From: Nitrososphaeria archaeon
Lineage (GTDB): Archaea > Thermoproteota > Nitrososphaeria > JACIWG01
Reading direction: 5' to 3'
DNA: 64,000 nucleotides
Assembly: GCA_050011875.1 (NCBI GenBank)
Contig: JBEKIG010000015.1
Span: 1 to 64,000, forward strand
In this document: one piece after another, positions 50,805 through 61,176 of the stretch
How positions within the stretch are numbered: the stretch's first letter is position 1
Layout: each line of letters starts with the position of its first letter
Notes under the pieces: generated by a model
Database searches by the model: none
The model's input: the letters and a program-made list of their open reading frames with translations, nothing else
Told to the model about the DNA's origin: nothing
Position numbers and translations under genes: made by a program

Positions 50805-53417
50805 TTACGCGATGTAGCATGACACCCACTCACATTCTAGGCATCTTGCACACTTTTCACCGTAGGCTAAGTTTCTACTGCCACATTCTGGGCATTTCTC
50901 GAACTTTTCTGTTCCCATAACCTTCTGGAACCTTTCTGGTAACTTCAAGAAGAACTGCTGCTCCTCCTGTTTTTTTCCAGTTGCGACTTCGATCTTTGGA
51001 AGAAATATCTCCATAGATTTCATCATATCAAGCGTCATGTTTTCAACACCTGCTACGTACCCCCCTGCCTTCTGCGTTGGAGTCATTAGAACCTGCTCGT
51101 TCTTGGAACTGTCCCTATATATGGTCACACCTTTTACACCAAGTTTGTAGGCAAAGAGGTATGCCTTCTCAACGTCTTCTGCAGAAACCCAATTCGGCAT
51201 ATTTATCGTCTTGCTTACAGCAGCACAGACCCACTTCGAGATTTCAGCCTGCGCTCTTAGATGATCCCACCAAGGAACATCATACGCTACTAGGAAGACT
51301 TTCCTAATATCCTCTGTGACATCCCTTACACCCTGCAGGCTCCCACCATTATCGGATATCTTCCTGAGAATTTCGTCTTCTAAGACATTAATTTCCTTTA
51401 ACCGCCTTTCCAGTTCTTGGTCAACATAAAAGAACTGCCCAACGCTAACTTTCTTTTGGTAAACTAGTGCATACTGAGGTTCTACCCCAGATGATATGTC
51501 GAAGAGCATCGAAATCGAGCCTGTGGGAGCTATAGTCGTAACTTCGGAGTTTCTCATTCCGTTTTCTTTAATAAATTTGGCCAGTTTTTCCCAATCCTGT
51601 GTCCACCATTCCCTGTGATAGAATCCTTCAAAGGGCATATCGCCTTTTGGGTATGCAGATCGGCTGTACAGTAGGAAAGAATCTCTTTCAGAAGCCTGCG
51701 CCGCTGAAGCTTCCATAGCGTAATATGTGATGTATTCCATGACGTTACGCATAAACGCGAAGCCTTCCTCGCTGTTGTAAACTATTTTTAGAGCGTAGAG
51801 TGCGTCGGCAAGACCCATCACACCTAACCCTATCTTCCTAGAAGCTTTTGTGGCGGCCTCTATGCTTGCTAATGGAAAATTATTGACGTCTATGATGTTA
51901 TCGAGAAAATTTACGGCTAATTGAACAGTTTTTCTCAGACCTTCCCAGTCGAACAGTGTTTTTTCGTTCTTCGCTCCAAATCTTACGAATTCGTAAAGGT
52001 TTATCGAACCCAGATTGCACGATTCATAAGGATAGAGCGGTTCTTCACCACAAGGGTTTGTGGAATTTATTTCTCCAAGCGCGCTTTTCAGAATGTTCCT
52101 TTTATTAATGTGGTCTTTGAAGAGTGCACCTGGATCACCTGTTTTCCAAGCGTTTGCAGCTATTTGTTTAAAAATACTTTTAGATTCCACCTCTTTCCAC
52201 ACATTTTTATCCCTTGGGTTGACAAGAGGATAAGGCCTTCCTTGGTTGTAAGACTTCCAGAAATCTTCTGTAATCATGACGGATATGTTGAAGTTTGAGA
52301 ACATGCCCTCAGAATTCTTTGCATTAACGAACTTTTCTACATCAGGATGCCATGATTCTAGGATGCCCATGTTCGCTCCCCTTCTTTTGCCACCCTGTTT
52401 GATTACATCTGTGATCACGTCTATTATTTTCATAAATGATACGGGTCCACTTGCTATCCCACCTGTTGAGAGGACAACATCCCCCTCTGGTCTTAAGCTG
52501 CTGTAATTAATACCAATACCACCTCCTCCTTGAAATATGATGGCGGCTTCCTTCGCAACGTCCATAATGGATATCATACTGTCTTCGATGTCTAAGACGA
52601 AACAGGCAGAAAGTTGGGAGAGCCTCGCCCCTGCGTTAAACAATGTCGGTGAGTTCGGTAAAAACTTCTTTTCAACCATAAGGTTATAGTAAGAGTCAGC
52701 TTTTTCACCATATTTATTAAATAAACCCTTGGACACCTTGTTCCATAGCTCGCTCCAGCTTATTTTCATCTTACCCTGAAGATTAAGCTCGTCATAGAGC
52801 AGTTTCATCCTCTTAAGGTGGTGCTCATTTAATTTGAAATCCCCTATCGAAACCTTACCAGCCCACGTAACTACGTCAAAATCTTCTATTGTGCGCTTAG
52901 GTTGGCCACCCTCCTTGTCGAAGACTTCTCGATCGTAGAGAATGTCGGGTATTGCGACAAGAACTGCGATCCTTTGGAAGACCTGCTTTGGTCCTTCGAC
53001 GGGCTTTCCCTTTTCGTTTTTAAGGAGATATCTTGAGGCCATAAGCCTGATCGCGTTCAAGGAAAAAGCCTTGTCGACTTCGTCGACATAGTCTTTCTCG
53101 AGAATTATCATCTTCTCCTCCCTAATTCTCTCCCTCTCTTTCCTGTAGAGGATGTAGGCTTTGGCGACTTCGTAGAGGTCATATTTGACGAGCGCGAATT
53201 CTACTATGTCCTGCACATCTTCAACATGAGGCAGGACTTCGCCAGAATATTTTCTATTAATAGCGCCAATAACATAGTCCATCACCTTCGAAAGGGTATC
53301 AGGGTCATAACGGTTCACGCTCAACATAGCTTTTCGTATTGCATCCTCAATCCTCCTCTTATCAAAGTCTACTACTCTACCGTCCCTTTTCACGATCTTT
53401 TTGGGCACAGTTTCCAA
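50805..53417 (-). CDS. nrdJ: Class II (B12-dependent) ribonucleotide reductase with ATP-cone and C-terminal Zn ribbon
   Basis: VKRDGR, PNSPTL, QLSACF, RRGANM, TNPCGE, TIAPTG, VSKTIN. Confidence 0.93.
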   Translation of the reverse strand: METVPKKIVKRDGRVVDFDKRRIEDAIRKAMLSVNRYDPDTLSKVMDYVIGAINRKYSGEVLPHVEDVQDIVEFALVKYDLYEVAKAYILYRKERERIREEKMIILEKDYVDEVDKAFSLNAIRLMASRYLLKNEKGKPVEGPKQVFQRIAVLVAIPDILYDREVFDKEGGQPKRTIEDFDVVTWAGKVSIGDFKLNEHHLKRMKLLYDELNLQGKMKISWSELWNKVSKGLFNKYGEKADSYYNLMVEKKFLPNSPTLFNAGARLSQLSACFVLDIEDSMISIMDVAKEAAIIFQGGGGIGINYSSLRPEGDVVLSTGGIASGPVSFMKIIDVITDVIKQGGKRRGANMGILESWHPDVEKFVNAKNSEGMFSNFNISVMITEDFWKSYNQGRPYPLVNPRDKNVWKEVESKSIFKQIAANAWKTGDPGALFKDHINKRNILKSALGEINSTNPCGEEPLYPYESCNLGSINLYEFVRFGAKNEKTLFDWEGLRKTVQLAVNFLDNIIDVNNFPLASIEAATKASRKIGLGVMGLADALYALKIVYNSEEGFAFMRNVMEYITYYAMEASAAQASERDSFLLYSRSAYPKGDMPFEGFYHREWWTQDWEKLAKFIKENGMRNSEVTTIAPTGSISMLFDISSGVEPQYALVYQKKVSVGQFFYVDQELERRLKEINVLEDEILRKISDNGGSLQGVRDVTEDIRKVFLVAYDVPWWDHLRAQAEISKWVCAAVSKTINMPNWVSAEDVEKAYLFAYKLGVKGVTIYRDSSKNEQVLMTPTQKAGGYVAGVENMTLDMMKSMEIFLPKIEVATGKKQEEQQFFLKLPERFQKVMGTEKFEKCPECGSRNLAYGEKCARCLECEWVSCYIA

Positions 53418-53468
53418 ATAGGATCCAAACTATTATTTTGTCGAGCTTCTTATAACATTTATTGTTTT

Positions 53469-53903
53469 TTAACACATATTTTGTCTAATGCTATATTCTT
53501 CATACGCCTTCACGCTAAGGGAATCAGCTTCTTCGTTCTTCTCCCTTGGAATCCAACTAAAAAGTATATCCCTAAACAGTTTAACTATTTCCTTTGCTTC
53601 ATTATATTGGGAAGTGTAGTAACCCTTATTGTGTTTCCATAGCCCATTCATCTGATTAACTAAGAGCTTTGAATCCGATTTGACCAGTATCTTTTCTCTG
53701 TTCAAATTCAATGCAATAAGAATTTTTAACGCATTACATAGAGCTGCATATTCAGCCACATTATTGGACATGCCTTCACCCTCCCCCACTACATCATACT
53801 TCTGCGATATCTTCTTGCCATCTTCATATACAACAAATCCATAAGTCGCAACACCATTAGGATTAACTGGTTTACATAAGCCATTGATATAGACTGATAT
53901 CAT
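53469..53903 (-). CDS. rnhA: Ribonuclease HI (first catalytic Asp replaced by Asn)
   Basis: YINGLCKPVNPNG, SNNVAEY, KSDSKL, WIPREKNEEAD. Confidence 0.85.
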   Translation of the reverse strand: MISVYINGLCKPVNPNGVATYGFVVYEDGKKISQKYDVVGEGEGMSNNVAEYAALCNALKILIALNLNREKILVKSDSKLLVNQMNGLWKHNKGYYTSQYNEAKEIVKLFRDILFSWIPREKNEEADSLSVKAYEEYSIRQNMC

Positions 53904-54216
53904 AGAAAGGGCCCGCAGATAGAAGACGCTATGACAGCTTTATATAATTACATTAAGTTTTAAAGAAAAAAAATTCAACATAAGGTTGATGTCTTATGGG
54001 AAAGTGGACGCCCGGTTGGATTCATGCCTAAATGGGTTCGAGTCCCTCTATGAAGAGTTCGTCTCAGTTAAATGTCTCAAACAAATTTCTTATGATGCCT
54101 GACCTAGTCGGACACAATTAGTCCTTGAACTATTTGAAGGATTATCTTTCCCTTTCCGAAAAGGAGAGTGTATGTCTTCGGATCTTTCTGAATAAACAGC
54201 ATTTTTACTTTGACAA

Positions 54217-55314
54217 TTATGGACTAGTGGAGGTTAGAAGTTTGTTGAAAATTCTTAGGATATCTTCTTCAGGTTCTAGCATGTTTTGTAGCATACTCAT
54301 CACTGGAAGACTATGGGGACACCTTTCCTCACATATTTTGCAGTCTGTACATGATCTGATCTGAGATATCGTCTGTTTGAGTGGTCCGATGTGGTTTCTA
54401 ATTCTCTCTTGGGACCACTGGAACTGTTTGAACGCTTCTGCCCCCATAGTTCGATAGTGGTCATAAATCACATCTGTACCTAGGAGGGTTGAGATTGGGA
54501 TACCTTGCGGGCACGGCTGGCATTCTGCGCAAATCCGGCAGCGTAGATGCTCTAAACGTTCAGTTATTTGTTCTATCTGTTGCTTCTCCTCAGAGGTAAG
54601 CGAGATATCTTCCATAGGATTGACCATTAAGTCTTCTTCTGCCTCTTCTAATGTTGTTATTCCAGGAACTGCTGTAGAAATAGGTTGGTTGATAAGCCAC
54701 TTTAAAGCCAAGTTTGCAGGCAACAGTCCAGTGGCTAACGGCTTCATAATGGTCACTCCTACACCTCTGCTAGCACAGAGGGGAATAAGTTCCTTCAAAG
54801 GCTCCCTTTCCACTATATTCATTGGAACCAAGATTATGTCGAAGTCAAAGCGTTTGAGCGCTTCAACTAATACATCACTCCTGTGACTTGTACATCCGAT
54901 ATAACGTATCAAGCCCTTTTTACGAGCTTCTATCAGCGCTTCTAGTGCGCCTCCTGGGCCAAGACGCTTCTCCATGTCCTCTCCCTTCTTTAAACCATGA
55001 ACGTGACAATTGTCTAAGTGGTCTGTCTGCAGGAGTTCAAGTGATTTCTTGAGTTCTCTGAGAGCAGCATCTTTAGTCATTGCCTCTACCTTGCTGGAAA
55101 GGAATATCGTGTCGCGTTTGCCTTTGAGGGCGATGCCAAGCTTTTTTTCGGTATCCCAGTACGATCGCGCTGTGTCGATATAGTTTACGCCTAGTTCAAT
55201 AGCCTTGTGAACTACTTTAATGGCGTATTCGGTATTTGAAGAACCTATTCCATTAGATCCAAAACCTATAGCTGAAACTTTAACTCCTGTTCTACCCAAC
55301 TTACGATACTGCAT
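54217..55314 (-). CDS. Aldo/keto reductase with 4Fe-4S dicluster (paralog of 2485-3579)
   Basis: Colinear with the first copy; shares long identical blocks such as RFDFDIILVPMN and EREPLKELIPLC. Confidence 0.87.
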   Translation of the reverse strand: MQYRKLGRTGVKVSAIGFGSNGIGSSNTEYAIKVVHKAIELGVNYIDTARSYWDTEKKLGIALKGKRDTIFLSSKVEAMTKDAALRELKKSLELLQTDHLDNCHVHGLKKGEDMEKRLGPGGALEALIEARKKGLIRYIGCTSHRSDVLVEALKRFDFDIILVPMNIVEREPLKELIPLCASRGVGVTIMKPLATGLLPANLALKWLINQPISTAVPGITTLEEAEEDLMVNPMEDISLTSEEKQQIEQITERLEHLRCRICAECQPCPQGIPISTLLGTDVIYDHYRTMGAEAFKQFQWSQERIRNHIGPLKQTISQIRSCTDCKICEERCPHSLPVMSMLQNMLEPEEDILRIFNKLLTSTSP

Positions 55315-55530
55315 TATATTCTGGAATGGGTATTTGACACAATATAAGAACTTTTTGAGGGGTAAACTTATTTAACAGATGGAATATTTCCCTTTAGCCT
55401 TTCTACCTTAAACTGGTTAGTAACAACAAAATCATTATTTTCAATATTATCAAGATTAAACAGTTTTTAATGATAACATTATAAACTTTCTTATGAAAAA
55501 TGTAATGGATTCTAAAAAAGTGAGATAAAA

Positions 55531-56628
55531 ATGAGTAGTGGAAAAATAATAGACAAAATAGATAGACAGACATGGCTCAACAACTGCTTCCCAGAGTGAG
55601 GAACATATCTCAACGAGGAGATAGAGGACACTGTCGTAGAGCAAGGCAAACTGGCACTATGGTGGATTGGTGCATGCGGGAAATGGATAAAGACGCCGGG
55701 AGACGCAAACATAACCATCGACTTCTGGGTCCAACGCGGCACTTCATCAAAACGAACCCCTCAGAAACGAGATCCTGATCATGGATTCATTAGACAAAGT
55801 GGTCAAAGAGGTGACACGGTATTCGCAAACCTGCGCTGTTCTCCTATAGTCATCGATCCTTTTGTGGTTAAGAAGATGGATGTTGTTCTATGCACCCACT
55901 TTCACGGAGACCACATCTGCCAATATGTGGCGGCCGCCGCAATTAAGAACACGAAAGCCATCTTCATAGGCCCAGATGAATGCTGCAATGAATGGGCGAG
56001 ATGGGGCGTTCCCGAGAATAGGATTCATCGCATAAAGCTAAACGGAACATACAAGATTAAAGATGCTGAGATAACGGCAGTGGAATCCTTCGACAGGACA
56101 GTACTGCTCGGGGCACACCCGGAACCTAAAGGGGACATCAGGGGGAAGCCTGAACTTATACCTGATATGAATCAGAGGGCATTCAACTACGTGATCAAAA
56201 CACCCTCCGGAACAGTCTACGATTCTGGTGACTCACACTTCGCAAACTTATACCTCAAACATGGAAGGGATCACAAGATAGACATAGCGTTCTGCAGCTA
56301 TGGAGACCCTCAGATCGGACTGACCGACAAAATGACGGCCGAAGACGCCTTGAGATTCGCCTGGAGCCTGAACACGAAGGTCCTGATTCCCGTCCACTGG
56401 GATCTGTGGTCAACCCAGATACCTGACCCTCACATAATCTATGATATGCACAAGTCCTACAAGAGCAAACTCAAGAGTGAGGGATACGGTTTCAACCTAT
56501 TCATCTGGAGGCCAGGCGGGAGGTACATGTGGCCAGACGACAAGAATCTGGAATGGTACACATATCCAAAAGGGACCGAGAAACTCGATCCGAACAGGGC
56601 AGTAATGTTCTACCCATCCTTCCTATAG
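55531..56628 (+). pseudogene. ulaG: L-ascorbate-6-phosphate lactonase UlaG homolog with in-frame TGA at 55597-55599
   Basis: FPE*GTYLNEEIE, LWWIG, THFHGDH, SGDSH, TDKMT, PVHWDLWS and terminal SFL match E. coli UlaG (FPEWG..LNEEIE) as recalled. Confidence 0.88.
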
Positions 56629-56976
56629 AACAAAATTCCCTTTTTATATTCCAAAGATATTGCGATCCTGAGCCAAAATCTAAGGTAATGTAACGGTTAG
56701 TGACCTGAATATATTGGAAGTATCCTTCATCTTTTTATCGGCTGCCATATTATACTTCTTTTTCAACAAGACCTATGCAATCGAATGTACGATCAATAAT
56801 CTTAGCTTTCAAGCTTATTTGCAGGGCGAGTGTAAAGGCTTATGTCGATTGTTTGATGTTTGAGTCCATAACAACTTTAGCCTTTTATTAATTTATTACC
56901 TAAATGGGTATGGGTCCATATTACATCTTTTGCTGATAAAAAATTTGGTAAGGCCTCCCTTAAGAGACCTATTCCT

Positions 56977-57406
56977 TTACTTTTTGAGAGACTTCAAGGC
57001 CGCTTGTACAATATTGCCGAATTCATCAGCTGAAAGTACAGCATGAACTTCGAACAGAATGTAGGGCTGGTATTCCATTAGGGCTGCGTAAAGCTCCTTT
57101 TCACCTAATTCGGTGATAGCATACCCCATCGACCCGTCAACGGACACCCCCCATTCCTTGATTCTTCCCTTGCTTAAGTCCCCTTTAATCGCCTGTGTCA
57201 TGCCAAGAACCATTTTTAACATCGCTTCTTGCTCTGTAGGTAGCAGGTTTATATTCGGCTTCCAAATTATCAGATGGTATCTCTCTTGTTCAAATACTTC
57301 TCCCTTTAAAGTGCCTTTATTAAGCCAATTTCTGACTGTGCTTTCTGAAACACCTAATTCCTTACTTGCTTGGGAAACGGATACGTAGTAGAAATTTTTT
57401 CTTCAA
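56977..57406 (-). pseudogene. Excisionase-like HTH fused to a DUF3303-like domain; frameshift near the start
   Basis: Open frame YYVSVSQASKELGVSESTVRNWLNKGTLKG...RYHLIIW...GRIKEWG; TTG 57406 is out of frame by one base in a 6-nt homopolymer (57395-57400). Confidence 0.6.
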
Positions 57407-57522
57407 TAAAGTGAAAACAGCCCCAGCAACCTTTGTAAATATATTCGTTTTCCCATATTATTTGTTTGTCTATGTCGCTTTGGCAGCTCAGCTTACGGTA
57501 TATTTTTGCCGAACATTTTTGC

Positions 57523-58083
57523 CTAATTGTGAACTTTTTGGGAGAGTTCTTTCGCCCAGATTCTGATGACGTTCCAGTCTCTCGTATCATAAACTCCAGG
57601 CTGTATTGCTTTATAGACAGCTTCTATCTTCGGCCTTCCTCCCTCCAGCGCCCTTTTGGCCCACCATGGCACTTTATTGTAGTCGTAGATACCGCTAAAT
57701 AAGCCCAAAGCGATGGGTTGCAGATTATACTTGGCGGCTTTTTCTTCAAGAAACTCCCCTCTGGCTCTAGCAATCATGTCAGGTTTTCCTTCATTTAGTG
57801 CTTGGCAGCCAGTGCCGCAGGAGACGAACAGTGCCACTTTCTTTCCTGCCAGCTCCTTCTGAAACCTTTTCAGGAACTCTTCAGGCTCACTGGTCCACCT
57901 CCTCATCTGGATTCCACTGCCAACAATGACAACATCATACTCAGCTATGTCTTTGATTTTTTCTTGTTTTGCGTTAACTACTCGGACTTCTAAACCTTCT
58001 TGTTGGAGTATGTTTGCAATCTCTTCTGATGTGCTTGCTGTTGCTCCATATCGGGTTCCATAAACAATCAATACTTTAGTCAT
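57523..58083 (-). CDS. Flavodoxin-domain protein (HemG/Flavodoxin_5-like)
   Basis: LIVYGTRYGAT, VIVGSGI, DTRDWNVIRIWA. Confidence 0.85.
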   Translation of the reverse strand: MTKVLIVYGTRYGATASTSEEIANILQQEGLEVRVVNAKQEKIKDIAEYDVVIVGSGIQMRRWTSEPEEFLKRFQKELAGKKVALFVSCGTGCQALNEGKPDMIARARGEFLEEKAAKYNLQPIALGLFSGIYDYNKVPWWAKRALEGGRPKIEAVYKAIQPGVYDTRDWNVIRIWAKELSQKVHN

Positions 58084-58764
58084 GCGTTAATAGCTCCATG
58101 ACTTGTCGCATTGCGGTTTAATAGTACGCCTACTATTCATGCTGTCATGCCTAATAATGGTGGGACGATGTTTAAGCACCTTAATTTCTTTTGCCAACAT
58201 GACAAAACACCCGATAATTAATAGCCTATGTCTATTATATATGATTTTAGCGTGTGCTACTGACAAGTCATTACTCACTAGATAGCTCTAGCTTTAACAA
58301 AAATTAGCTTTAAACTAATCTGAGATCCACTCAACCTTAAGACTTAATTCAACCCCTTGGAAATCAGGCAAGCGCAGATGTTGCGACGGAATTAAAACCT
58401 AAAATAAATGACCTGTTGCGGAATATAAGAGGTTTGACGCTTTATAAAGAATATCAATAACAATTAAAGCAGAGAGTTCTTAGAAATGCTGAGGAAGAGC
58501 TTCGAAAATTGACTTTAATTGATGAAAAAGTATGTGATAGAGAAGAGTTGAATTTCATAGACATAGGTACGAGAGGTAAAAGGCTTTAAATAAATGTAAA
58601 AAGTTAAGATAACTGTAATGAGTAAAGGCACTAAAAAAATGCTTTCATGTAAAAGCGGAGACATGGAATAATTATTTTGAAAATAACAGAAAAGGCTAGG
58701 AATAAACTAACTCAAATATCCTATGCGTTATAATATAAAAAAATGTTGTGAAGGTGTTTCTTGA

Positions 58765-59031
58765 TTATTCGATGAGTTTTCTAGCTTCTTCTGCGGGTAC
58801 TGCGACGAGTGTCTCAGTTGTGATGTGTTCTCCCCTTCTCATCGCGACTTTCATAGCTGTTTTTTCATCAGGCGCTTCAATTATGACGACATTGTCGTAT
58901 CTGCCTAGTGTATAATAAAATCCAAGAAATTTCACTCCTTCTTTATTTTCTTTTTCCATGAGCTTCTTGTTTTCAGCAATCATTTCCTTTGTTTGCTTGT
59001 GCCTTGACTTACATAACATGATAAAGATCAT
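58765..59031 (-). CDS. GYD domain protein
   Basis: YYTLGRYDNVVIIEAPDE, TETLVA. Confidence 0.8.
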   Translation of the reverse strand: MIFIMLCKSRHKQTKEMIAENKKLMEKENKEGVKFLGFYYTLGRYDNVVIIEAPDEKTAMKVAMRRGEHITTETLVAVPAEEARKLIE

Positions 59032-59179
59032 TTTATCACTTATGTGTTAGAAAGAACCTTCTCCCTTATAAGAGTATTTAACCTTCACAAATAGCCACAA
59101 TCTATTTTTATTTTAAATGAGACCAACCTTTTATTTGTCCGAAAGAGTTTTTTTCATCGTTAGGTCTCCTAATGCGAAT

Positions 59180-60196
59180 TTATCGGTTTGATGAGTGTAT
59201 GAACCGGTTGATGGCGTCGGCTATCTGGGTAGGTTGATCGAAGTTGTCGAAGTGGCTGGCGTTCCTGACCCATTCCATCTGGACATTGGGGCATTTAGTC
59301 GCAACATCCGCAAAGATGGATGGAGGTTGGGCCGGGTCGCTGTCGGCCTGCAGTTGCAGCACCGGGAAGGGGAAATTGTTTTTGCAGATTTTGCCAATGG
59401 CGGTGTCGAGGTCCCAGTTGCTGCTCAGGAAATATTTTGGGTTCATATTAGCCACTCCGGGGCGTGAAAACTCATAGACCAAGTAATCGCGGTCCTCCAG
59501 GTTGAAGGGGGTGGTCATGCGCCTTTTGTAGACAAAGTCAATGAACCAGCCGGAGTTCTGCATCATGTAAGTTGCTATCCAGTTGTTTTGGAATAGGAGC
59601 CATTGGGGTTTTTGAATGTAACCCGCTATCTTTCCCCTATTGTCTTTCCATTTTTGAATCAGATCCGCTTCCATGCGGACATACCCCCGGATGCGTTCCG
59701 GATGATCGCTGACCAGCACGCTACCGATGATTGTCCCCCAATCATGAGAGACTAGGTAGAACTTTTTGATGCCCAGGCTGTCCATCAATTTGACAGTTTG
59801 CTCGGCTACAACGTGCCAGTTGTAGTTTCTGTCTTTCAAGTCCGAACGGCCATAGCCCTTCATGTCAATGGCAATCAGTCGGTAGCTGTGGTCCACCTGC
59901 GGCAGCACATAGCGCCAAGAGTACCAGCCCTCGGGTAGGCCGTGCAGGAACAAGATCACCTCGCCATCGGGGTTGCCTTCGTCCACGTAGTGCCATTGTA
60001 TGCCATTCACCACCCGATCTTGGTGATTGAACTGGGCGTCAATTTTGTCATGTGTGGCCTGGAAGTCCGCCCGAAATTTCTCATATTTCTTGGATAGGTT
60101 CTTTGCGCGGAATGGGGCATAGATCCAGATGAATGCTGTCACTAGAAGTCCAAGGCCTACTAGAGTCAGAACGAACACTTCCAAAATAGCCCACAT
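59180..60196 (-). CDS. Alpha/beta hydrolase (epoxide hydrolase-like) with N-terminal TM anchor
   Basis: FLHGLPE, DMKGYGRS, SHDWG, ASHF. Confidence 0.85.
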   Translation of the reverse strand: MWAILEVFVLTLVGLGLLVTAFIWIYAPFRAKNLSKKYEKFRADFQATHDKIDAQFNHQDRVVNGIQWHYVDEGNPDGEVILFLHGLPEGWYSWRYVLPQVDHSYRLIAIDMKGYGRSDLKDRNYNWHVVAEQTVKLMDSLGIKKFYLVSHDWGTIIGSVLVSDHPERIRGYVRMEADLIQKWKDNRGKIAGYIQKPQWLLFQNNWIATYMMQNSGWFIDFVYKRRMTTPFNLEDRDYLVYEFSRPGVANMNPKYFLSSNWDLDTAIGKICKNNFPFPVLQLQADSDPAQPPSIFADVATKCPNVQMEWVRNASHFDNFDQPTQIADAINRFIHSSNR

Positions 60197-60336
60197 CGTA
60201 ATTGTTCTCCTCGTAGTATTATATGTTGTAAATTATACTTAGTATAAATGCTTTAGCGCGCGCTACAGGTTAAGGAAAATTTAATTTCATACACCCCTTA
60301 TTTCTTCTTGGATTCTGTCTTTTTTTTTACCAACAT

Positions 60337-60507
60337 GCCTTAGATCTCATTGAAGGAGTAAAAGCCTCTACTTCAGAGGCTCTAATCGCAGTTTTTGAAA
60401 GTCTAAAAAGCATGTACAGAAAAGACGAAGACTCAGACACCCATCCACCTCTACAAGATAGAATCAACCGATTAATGCACCTTTTAAACTCAGATAATCG
60501 AAGCTAA
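60337..60507 (+). pseudogene. C-terminal remnant of an M48/HtpX-like peptidase
   Basis: ...EALIAVFESLK...DTHPPLQDRINRL; no HExxH part upstream. Confidence 0.6.
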
Positions 60508-60848
60508 CATAATTATGTAACAATGAGATCACCAATTAATTAAGGTGGAAATCCTGTTAAAATAACTCCAAGCTCAGGCAGACAAGGTGGTTTAAACCCT
60601 CTTTAAACCCTTAACCTGCACTATTTTGTAGTTAACACCCTGGTGCCGAGGCCTTAAACTGGTTCAGGTAACACCGACAATCAAGCTGGCTCAGCTATTT
60701 GGATCTGTTATTTTTTAATTTCTTGCCCATACATCATTAAAGCCATGTCAATCTGTCTTGCTGTTTTTCCATGCTTCTTTGCCAAATTGGTAAAAATCAT
60801 AGCTGAACAAAATAATGATTTGAGCCGGAATTTTTTAAGGATATTTAT

Positions 60849-61025
60849 TTTGGCTCAATCAAAAAAAAATCGGAAACGCTATCGATAAACATTCTGCATG
60901 TTGGCTCTGCAAGATCCCCCTGTGCAATATCGTGCATCATATCGCTCTCATGCAGAACGCATTTAAGTTGAGCCAACAGGAAATAGTTATCGATAGCATT
61001 TTGTTTTAAAACGTGTTGAGCCAAA
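60849..61025. repeat. Nested inverted-repeat element (MITE-like or recombination-site-like)
   Basis: TTTGGCTCAA/TTGAGCCAAA, GCTATCGATAA/TTATCGATAGC and GTTGGCTC/GAGCCAAC nested pairs. Confidence 0.65.
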
Positions 61026-61176
61026 CCAAATTTAGATGTTTGTCTTTAACATATCAGAAGCTCAGTTTAAGGTCATGTGCGGAAACCAAGAGGCCATGCA
61101 AAAGAACATTCAGGCCTCACTGAATGAGATAAAGAACCTGAAGCAGGACCTATATAGAAAGGGCAATATTTAGGAT

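Noticed and set aside
50805-53417. Intein in RNR (also checked in MCM and RFC)
   Set aside because: Lengths are normal; no C...HN-C/S/T splice junctions or LAGLIDADG motifs seen
54003-54046. Possible second att site / tRNA fragment (AGTGGAC..GGATTC, GGGTTCGAGTCCC)
   Set aside because: Only 6-7-nt matches to tRNA-Ala; no cloverleaf
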